Of a stretch of 64,000 bases of DNA, positions 57,427 to 64,000 are shown piece by piece (the first letter of the stretch is position 1; each line of letters opens with the position of its first letter). Position numbers and translations under genes: made by a program. This DNA comes from Candidatus Obscuribacterales bacterium. GTDB lineage: Bacteria; Cyanobacteriota; Vampirovibrionia; Obscuribacterales; Obscuribacteraceae. The DNA is taken from assembly GCA_965228855.1 (NCBI GenBank), contig CBDDIJ010000003.1, forward strand, positions 2,016,001 through 2,080,000, written 5' to 3'. The notes under the pieces were generated by a model. The model saw only the letters and a list, made by a program, of their open reading frames with translations. It ran no database searches and was not told the origin of the DNA.

Positions 57427-58388
57427 GCGAATCAGCACTACTGACACTAAAACAGTACGGGCTCGACCCCAATCTGGCAATCAAGTCATTCTTCAAAGAT
57501 CCTGACTGGGTGCTGAAAACGGCAGTCGGCGGTGTGTGGAACGCGAGTTCGCTTTTGTTGATGTTTTTTCTAAACATCTATCCGGTTTTAATTCCCATCA
57601 TATTCACACTCTGGGCTATTAACACCGGCTACATCCTGCGCGTGATGCGAACCCGATTGCGCGATCCCGAGGGTGTCTTGCCCGCCTGGAATGATTGGCA
57701 AGATTTGTTCGTCTCCGGCATGAGCTGGCTTGCCATCATCACTGGTGTCATCATCGTTTTCCTTTTCCTCGGTGCAACGAATCTTTTGATAGCGTCGATA
57801 CTCTCGGCTATCAAACAGTACACTCAGCTATTTGCTCTCTGGATGAGTGCCTCCATCATTTTCTTACTTGCGTTTTCATTGCTGACAAACCTGGTGCTTG
57901 TTGCCACCATGGCAAATTTCGCCCAGGAAGAAAACACTATGGCCGCTTTTGCATTTTTCAAAGTTTTGAAACGCATCTTTAAACGTCCCGGCGACTTCTT
58001 CGCCGCGTGGATGCTCGGTATCGGAATTCAAGCGCTCAGCATCATCATACCGGCATGCACCATCATTGGTATCTTTTTCCTTCCGTCAACAATATTCGCA
58101 GGCCAACTAATCGCCTCTTCGCTTCTGGCTCAAGCCTGGGCATCAGCCGAAACTGCGTCAACAGGCTCACCGCCCGGCCATAGAAGTCCAGCGAATCTGG
58201 ATGATCGACCAGTCTCCACACCCGCTATTACTGACGAGCCAACAAGTTCGGGCTCGACAATTAAAGCCTCCGATACGAAACAACCGGAAGAGCCCAAGCG
58301 CAATTCGACGACTGAAGCTGACAAAGCTGACAGTGACAAGACTGACAGTAACACAGCCGACCGTAGCGCTGACAGTAACAATGTGTAA
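57423..58388 (+). CDS. DUF4013-like membrane protein with low-complexity C-tail
   Basis: FKDPDWVLK, GYILRVMR, LPAWNDW, several TMs. ATG overlaps the surE end. Confidence 0.75.
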   Translation: MSESALLTLKQYGLDPNLAIKSFFKDPDWVLKTAVGGVWNASSLLLMFFLNIYPVLIPIIFTLWAINTGYILRVMRTRLRDPEGVLPAWNDWQDLFVSGMSWLAIITGVIIVFLFLGATNLLIASILSAIKQYTQLFALWMSASIIFLLAFSLLTNLVLVATMANFAQEENTMAAFAFFKVLKRIFKRPGDFFAAWMLGIGIQALSIIIPACTIIGIFFLPSTIFAGQLIASSLLAQAWASAETASTGSPPGHRSPANLDDRPVSTPAITDEPTSSGSTIKASDTKQPEEPKRNSTTEADKADSDKTDSNTADRSADSNNV

Positions 58389-58406
58389 GTCCTGTCTCAG
58401 TGGCTA

Positions 58407-58566
58407 TCGGAAACCCAGGATCTCGAAGATACTGAGGATACTTAAGTACCGAAGATACTGATGATACTGCGGACATAGACAGTCTGAAAATACCGAGGTT
58501 ACTGCTTATACCGCGAATATTCTATATTCTGAAAGTCCCGAGGAGACTGCTTATTACCGCGGATAG
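58407..58566. repeat. Degenerate 9-bp minisatellite (consensus ~GA(A/G)GATACT), ~18 units
   Basis: gaagatact gaggatact taagtacc gaagatact gatgatact gcggacata ... gaaaatacc gaggttact gcttatacc. Confidence 0.7.
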
Positions 58567-58580
58567 TTTTGACAGGCGAT

Positions 58581-58606
58581 AAAAGAGGGCACCGCAAACG
58601 GTGCCC
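58581..58606 (-). terminator. Intrinsic terminator of 58638..59066
   Basis: Minus strand reads GGGCACCG-TTTG-CGGTGCCC-TCTTTT. Confidence 0.75.
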
Positions 58607-58637
58607 CATGTTATCTCGAACCTAGAACTTCCAAACT

Positions 58638-59066
58638 TTAGAAGTTGAATACACTGCGGATAGTGTTCAAAACGCTCGGATTGTTATTGTGCACATAATC
58701 CCAAAAACGCGGATCGTTGTACTGATTCCAGTCATAATTACCATTCCAGCTGTTGTTGTGGTATGCATTCCACTGGGTGCGAAGCTGAGCATCGAGTTGT
58801 GCGCGTTGAGCGGCGTTTAACCGAGCGCTTCGAGCAGCCCAATTTGAATGCAAGTAAGTGCGTTGATCGTTCCAATTGTGGCGATTCCAATCCCACTTCG
58901 CCGCTTGCCTGACAGCTTTTCTGCGTTTTTTATAATAACGCTTGACTGATTTGCGCTGATGCTTCGAGTAATGACGCCCATGATTATCATGTGCCATCGC
59001 AGCCGGTGCCGCAAAGCTGATTAGCGCGACGAGAGCTACTAATTTTGTGTACGTTGATTTAAGCAT
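58638..59066 (-). CDS. Small secreted Trp/Asn/His-rich protein
   Basis: Signal peptide ...APAAMA, AGGAG RBS, WDWNRHNWND and WNGNYDWNQYND tracts. Confidence 0.8.
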   Translation of the reverse strand: MLKSTYTKLVALVALISFAAPAAMAHDNHGRHYSKHQRKSVKRYYKKRRKAVRQAAKWDWNRHNWNDQRTYLHSNWAARSARLNAAQRAQLDAQLRTQWNAYHNNSWNGNYDWNQYNDPRFWDYVHNNNPSVLNTIRSVFNF

Positions 59067-59302
59067 ATCTTCTCCTGAATAAGTCCCTTCACGCGAACAT
59101 TACGGCCCTATCTACCAGCTAGACATAGTTTATCTAGCATGAATTTTTAAATTGAGGCTTCGAGTAATTTACGCTCCCGTCCCGGTCGGACGATCCCCCT
59201 CGGCAAGTCCAGTTGGACCGTTCCCTCGTATCCGACCAGCCCCCCCTCCCGGCAACTGCTTACCGAACTTCGTTTGTCATTCGAAGGTAGCGGCTCATTC
59301 TA

Positions 59303-59379
59303 TATCTTCGTCTGGTATCGTCGCTCAGGTGTATGCTCTTCGTCTGGTATCGAGGCTCAGAGCAAACTACTTCGTCTGC
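59303..59379. repeat. Short direct repeat TCTTCGTCTGGTATCG..GCTCAG, two full copies plus one partial
   Basis: Copies begin near 59305 and 59337, with a partial CTTCGTCTG near 59370. Confidence 0.55.
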
Positions 59380-59416
59380 CCCCCTTAGTACCATTCAGCG
59401 ATGGTGCCTTAGAGCG

Positions 59417-61849
59417 TTACTTCGTCCGACTTGTATCACTGGTCAGTTCACCCACTTCGTCAGCCTCCGCGGTGCTCTGCACCGGCTCTATCAGAGTCGT
59501 CTGCTTCTGCGAAGTTTCGTTTTTCGACGCCCACTTTCTCAAGCACTGACTTAGCTGTTCAAGAGAAGCCGGTTTGGACAAATAATCGTCCATGCCAGCA
59601 GCGATGCACTTCTCGCGGTCTCCGCCCATCGCATGGGCAGTCAATCCGACGACAGAGACGTGTCTGCCTGTCAGTGCTTCCGCTTTGCGAATTTCCTTCG
59701 TCGCCTCTAGTCCATCCATATCCGGCATCTGACAATCCATCAGCACCATCGCATAATTTTCCTTTTGAACAGCAGCAACAGCTTCCCGACCGGTTGCCAC
59801 CACGCAGCAATTGTATCCAAGCTTCTTAAGCTGCAGTTGCGTGACCATCTGGTTCACAGGATTATCTTCGGCCAGTAGTACAGTGGTGCCCTCCGGTGCA
59901 AATTTAACGAAAGTGCCCGAAGTAGTTTTCAACTCCGATGGTTGCAACGTAACGGCGCCGCACATCAGTTTCGCGAGGCAGTTATATAAGCAGGATTGCT
60001 CAAGAGGTTTTGTCAGGTATGCTGAAAAGCCCCTCTCCAGTGCCTCTTCGCCTAGCCCCTGCTTATCGTGGTTGGTGCAAAGAATAACTTTGGTTTCGTC
60101 AAGTTCTGGAATGCTCTGTACTTTCGCCAGGAAATCGAAGCCGCTGCTGTCTGGGAGTTCCAATTCCGTCACAACTAGATCGTATGGGTCTCCAGCCTCA
60201 CCTTGCTCCTTGAGCATGCGAAGCGCGTCTTCACTGGTGGTTGCAGAGTCGCATCGTAATCTCCAAGAAGAGATGTAAGCGCGCAAGATGTTTCTGGCAC
60301 TGGATTGTTCGTCCACGACCAGAACTCGAGTGTCTGCTAACTCCTCAGGAACGCGAAGTTTGAGTTGATCGGCAGTTTTTGCTTCGTGTAGAGAGACGAC
60401 AAAGTAGAACGTAGAGCCTTTACCAGGATGACTGCTCACGCCAATTTCGCCACCCATGAGTTCGACCAGGCGCTTAGAGATCGATAAACCCAAGCCTGTG
60501 CCCCCGAATTTGCGCGTCGTCGAGCCGTCCGCCTGAGTAAACGGCCGGAAGAGGCGCCCAACCTCTTGTTCGTTCATTCCGATACCGGTGTCGGAGATGC
60601 TGAATGAGACAAGTATCGGCTCATCATGACTTTCGGGAGCGGTATCGTCGGTCGTGGCATGGTCAATTGCGGCAGCTTCAGTGGTGGCAGGTCCGGCACC
60701 GTTGCCTTCACTTGATGCCGATGAGAGTCCTGACGTGCCGCTGTCACCGCCAGTAGTGGCACCAACTTCTCCAGGGAACCTGCTTGCAGAACCAAACTTG
60801 GCGGTCGTCGAGCTGGCAGTGCCAGCCGTATCTTCTGAGGGACGAACTCTTGTAGCGCGAACGATGATTTCACCGGATTGCGTGAATTTGATCGCGTTAC
60901 CAATCAGATTTACCAGCACTTGTCTTAATCGCCCAGGGTCTCCGACCAGGACACGGGGAAGTTCCGGGTCGATAAAGGTCAACAAACTCAACTTCTTATC
61001 ACGAGCGGACTCAGAAAGAATTGCCGCAGTCCCCTCAACGAGTGGCGCAAGCGAAAAATTTACCGGCTCGAGGTCCATTTTCCCCGCGGCAATCTTCGAT
61101 AGGTCGAGGATATCGTTTATCAAAGTCAGCAATCCTTGCGCGGACTCTTTAATACGCTCGGTGAATTCGTACTGTTCCGGCTCTAGTTGCGTGTCGAGTA
61201 ATAGCTCGGAAAAACCAATCACAGCATTCATCGGAGTTCGGATCTCGTGACTCATGTTCGCAAGAAATTCATCCTTGAGCTTGTCGGCCTTCTGAAGCTG
61301 GTTGCTGCGCTCTTCAAGTAGCTCGGCTTCCTTGGCCTTCCGAGCAAGTTCAGCTTCCACCAGCTGCTTCTCAGCTTGAAGGCGCTCTTGAAGCTCCAGG
61401 ACTCTGCGCTCCTCCATCTCACGAATCATGCGAGACTGCATTTGAATACGGCGGTTTTTGTTGTAACTATCGACGAAGAAGTTGACCTTGGAGAGGAGCA
61501 CCTGAGGGCGAAAAGGTTTGGTTATGAAGTCTACTGCGCCGAGAGCGTACGCCTCCGACTCATGCAGGTCCTCGGTGTACATCGCGGTCAGGAAAATAAT
61601 CGGCGTATGCTTAAGAATTTCACGCTGCCGAATAAGAGCTGCGGTCTCATATCCATCCATGTCCGGCATTTGAATATCGAGCAGGATGAGAGCCACTTCG
61701 TGATTCAAGAGTAGTTTCAGAGCTTCCCGGCCAGAGCCGGCTCTGATGACCTCCTGATCTATACTCGCAAGCAAGGCGTCCAGAGCAATCAAGTTCTCTG
61801 GCTGGTCATCAACTATCAGAATTTTCGCTTTGCTATCAGCGTTAGTCAT
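59417..61849 (-). CDS. Hybrid histidine kinase REC-HisKA-HATPase-REC-REC
   Basis: VDDQ...[21 protein letters not shown] (H box), [29 protein letters not shown]...LMDCQMP. Confidence 0.95.
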   Translation of the reverse strand: MTNADSKAKILIVDDQPENLIALDALLASIDQEVIRAGSGREALKLLLNHEVALILLDIQMPDMDGYETAALIRQREILKHTPIIFLTAMYTEDLHESEAYALGAVDFITKPFRPQVLLSKVNFFVDSYNKNRRIQMQSRMIREMEERRVLELQERLQAEKQLVEAELARKAKEAELLEERSNQLQKADKLKDEFLANMSHEIRTPMNAVIGFSELLLDTQLEPEQYEFTERIKESAQGLLTLINDILDLSKIAAGKMDLEPVNFSLAPLVEGTAAILSESARDKKLSLLTFIDPELPRVLVGDPGRLRQVLVNLIGNAIKFTQSGEIIVRATRVRPSEDTAGTASSTTAKFGSASRFPGEVGATTGGDSGTSGLSSASSEGNGAGPATTEAAAIDHATTDDTAPESHDEPILVSFSISDTGIGMNEQEVGRLFRPFTQADGSTTRKFGGTGLGLSISKRLVELMGGEIGVSSHPGKGSTFYFVVSLHEAKTADQLKLRVPEELADTRVLVVDEQSSARNILRAYISSWRLRCDSATTSEDALRMLKEQGEAGDPYDLVVTELELPDSSGFDFLAKVQSIPELDETKVILCTNHDKQGLGEEALERGFSAYLTKPLEQSCLYNCLAKLMCGAVTLQPSELKTTSGTFVKFAPEGTTVLLAEDNPVNQMVTQLQLKKLGYNCCVVATGREAVAAVQKENYAMVLMDCQMPDMDGLEATKEIRKAEALTGRHVSVVGLTAHAMGGDREKCIAAGMDDYLSKPASLEQLSQCLRKWASKNETSQKQTTLIEPVQSTAEADEVGELTSDTSRTK

Positions 61850-62084
61850 TACTAAAACTTGAACCGAGGTGGTGTGAAAGCTGTCGTATCTTTATTCTTA
61901 GACATAGTAGCTTATTAAGTAGACCTAGCAAATCTCCCGCCAGGTGATGCCGGCAAAAAGCTGCAAATGTCCGCCGAGATTAAATTTGGGACGTGGAGGA
62001 AGCCTTTACTATTGTGGATCGTTTAACTTTCGCCACAGTTTCAACAGGTCCCGCCAAACTGCACTGTCTGGCGGGACGCCTCAC

Positions 62085-64000
62085 TTATTGATACAGCCAG
62101 ACACGAAGCAGCGATTTAAGCTGCTCAACGTCAACCGGTTTGGCGATGTAATCAGAAGCACCAGACTGCATGCACTTCTCGCGGTCACCTTTCATGGCTT
62201 TGGCGGTCAGAGCAATAATCGGCAGGTTGGCGAACTGTTCCATCTCCCGAATGCGGCGGATAGTCTCGTACCCATCCATATCCGGCATCATAACGTCCAT
62301 CAAAACGAGTTCGACACTCGGGTCTTCTTCGAGCATCTTAATCGCTTCCAAACCGCGTTCGGCGTATGAGACCTTCATCTTGTTCGCTTCCAGGATACTC
62401 GTCAGGGCGAAGATATTGCGCACATCATCGTCCACGATAAGCACTTTTCGATCAGTGAGAACACGATCTGACTTTTGCGAAGCCTCAATCATCCGGCGCT
62501 GACTCTCCGGCATTTCCCCCTGGAGACGGTGCAGAAATAGCGCTGTTTCATCCAGCAAGCGGTGCGGAGACTCCGCCTCCTTGACCAGAGTGACGCGACC
62601 CATTTCTTTGACCTCTTGTTGCTCCTCTGCGGTGAAGTCGCGACCGGCGTACACGATAACCGGCAAACGCATAATACCCAGGTCATCTCTGATTCGCCGG
62701 ACAAATTCATGGCCAGGCATATCAGGGAGCGCAGTAGCTACGACCAGACAATCGAAGTGCTCGGATTCGAGCAAATCAAGCGCTTCCTGACCGGTCATGG
62801 CCATTTTGCACTTCACGTCTCCATCGCCCATCAGTTCGACGACAGCTTTTCCTTGTTCTCGATCCGGTTCGATGATAAGCAACTTTTTCGACGATGTGGC
62901 AACGAAGCTCTTCACTTGTTCGAGTGCCTCGTTAATCGAATCTTTGCTCACCGGCTTCTCGAGATATCCAATGACGCCCTGGCGGAAACCGCGCTCCTGC
63001 TCTTGTTCACAAGAGATTACGTTGACCGGGATGTGGCGTGTGGTCGGATCATGTTTCAACCGATCGAGGATCGTCCAGCCGTCCATGTCCGGTAGACGCA
63101 AGTCCAGAGTGATTGCGTCCGGGACGAATCTTCTTGCAAGTGCAAGCGCTGATTCACCGGTGACCGCGACCAGCCCCTTGAACCCTGCTTCACGAACCAT
63201 GTCGAGCAATAAACGCGCAAAGCGTTGATCGTCTTCGATGATTAAGAGAACTCGATCGCCTTCTTCCAAGCTTCCCCGGTCATCAGCGACGACATTTTCG
63301 AGAAGCAGAGCTTTCTCGCTGAGAAGGTCAGGAGCCGGGGCGATTGGCGCTGTTTGACCGGCGGTATAAGCGGCTTCACTGACCTGCGGACGGAGGCGCG
63401 TTTTCTCCGGCTGGTTTTGTGGTTGCACATACGATACCGGCATATACAGCGTGAATGTACTTCCTTCACCAGGCGCGCTCACCACTCTAAGTTCGCCACC
63501 CAACAAATTGGCAATCTCACGGCTGATTGGCAGACCCAATCCTGTTCCGCCGTACTTACGACTGGTACTGCCATCAGCCTGTTGGAAGGCTTCGAAGATA
63601 ATCCGCTGTTTATCCAGTGGGATACCGATGCCACTATCAATCACTGAAAACGCGAGCACCGTATCTGATGCCTTTAAAGTATCCCGCTCCTCACTAAAGC
63701 CCTCACGGACGGTATCAAGAGACAGTGTAACTTTTCCGGTTTCAGTAAACTTGAATGCGTTGGACAACAAATTCTTGAGGACCTGCTGTAAACGCTTCGA
63801 GTCTGTTCGCAAGCTCTTCGGCACGGAGTCCGCGATCTTGATTTCGAATTCGAGTCCTTTCGATTCGGCGACTTGCCTGAAGTTTCGCTCCAGCGACATT
63901 CGCACTTCGTCGAGAGCAACGTCGGTAACGTCGATATTGATGGTCCCCGACTCAATCTTCGATAGGTCGAGAATATCGTTGATCAATTCAAGCAAGTCAG
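62085..64000 (-). CDS. Hybrid histidine kinase with HATPase and three REC domains, 5'-truncated by the window edge
   Basis: [36 protein letters not shown], three REC-like domains ending LKSLLRVWL. Confidence 0.93.
   Translation of the reverse strand, partial: DLLELINDILDLSKIESGTINIDVTDVALDEVRMSLERNFRQVAESKGLEFEIKIADSVPKSLRTDSKRLQQVLKNLLSNAFKFTETGKVTLSLDTVREGFSEERDTLKASDTVLAFSVIDSGIGIPLDKQRIIFEAFQQADGSTSRKYGGTGLGLPISREIANLLGGELRVVSAPGEGSTFTLYMPVSYVQPQNQPEKTRLRPQVSEAAYTAGQTAPIAPAPDLLSEKALLLENVVADDRGSLEEGDRVLLIIEDDQRFARLLLDMVREAGFKGLVAVTGESALALARRFVPDAITLDLRLPDMDGWTILDRLKHDPTTRHIPVNVISCEQEQERGFRQGVIGYLEKPVSKDSINEALEQVKSFVATSSKKLLIIEPDREQGKAVVELMGDGDVKCKMAMTGQEALDLLESEHFDCLVVATALPDMPGHEFVRRIRDDLGIMRLPVIVYAGRDFTAEEQQEVKEMGRVTLVKEAESPHRLLDETALFLHRLQGEMPESQRRMIEASQKSDRVLTDRKVLIVDDDVRNIFALTSILEANKMKVSYAERGLEAIKMLEEDPSVELVLMDVMMPDMDGYETIRRIREMEQFANLPIIALTAKAMKGDREKCMQSGASDYIAKPVDVEQLKSLLRVWLYQ

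Noticed and set aside
59303..59379. Mini-CRISPR candidate
   Set aside because: Only two full copies, the spacer is too short, and no cas genes are present.
1..64000. Prophage, IS element, tRNA or rRNA
   Set aside because: No integrase, transposase, phage structural gene or RNA-gene signature found by inspection.

Overview
A 64 kb, gene-dense bacterial chromosomal window with no recognisable rRNA, tRNA, CRISPR array, integrase or transposase. Gene content suggests a non-photosynthetic cyanobacterial relative (Vampirovibrionia/Melainabacteria, Obscuribacterales-like). This is an inference from the cyanobacterial-type CtpA, long HflX and NurA, the futalosine-pathway mqnE plus a UbiD-family decarboxylase, the many Hanks kinases and TPR proteins, and the lack of photosynthesis genes. 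Housekeeping genes (ilvE, pcm, rel, rdgB, ubiD family, ctpA, hflX, sulP, glcD, tatD, dprA, mqnE, rimJ-like, surE) are interleaved with lineage-specific signalling and secreted low-complexity proteins. Strongest leads: (1) a 927-aa beta-repeat protein with an unannotated C-terminal papain-like Q-C/H/N catalytic set, followed by a PsbP/DcrB-like partner that has an orphan paralogue 39 kb away, resembling a toxin/effector cassette; (2) a degenerate GGDEF domain with an intact RxxD I-site fused to a pseudokinase and translationally coupled to a NurA nuclease, with no herA in the window; (3) a TerY-P-like vWA/PP2C/kinase triad whose kinase is fused to a Clp N-terminal domain; (4) a secreted protein with 13 GQSGWxQPS repeats; (5) tandem paralogous membrane kinases, one with a ~1300-aa disordered linker; (6) a kinase-TM-LRR gene split by a frameshift. 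All family calls come from motif reading by eye; no database searches were run.
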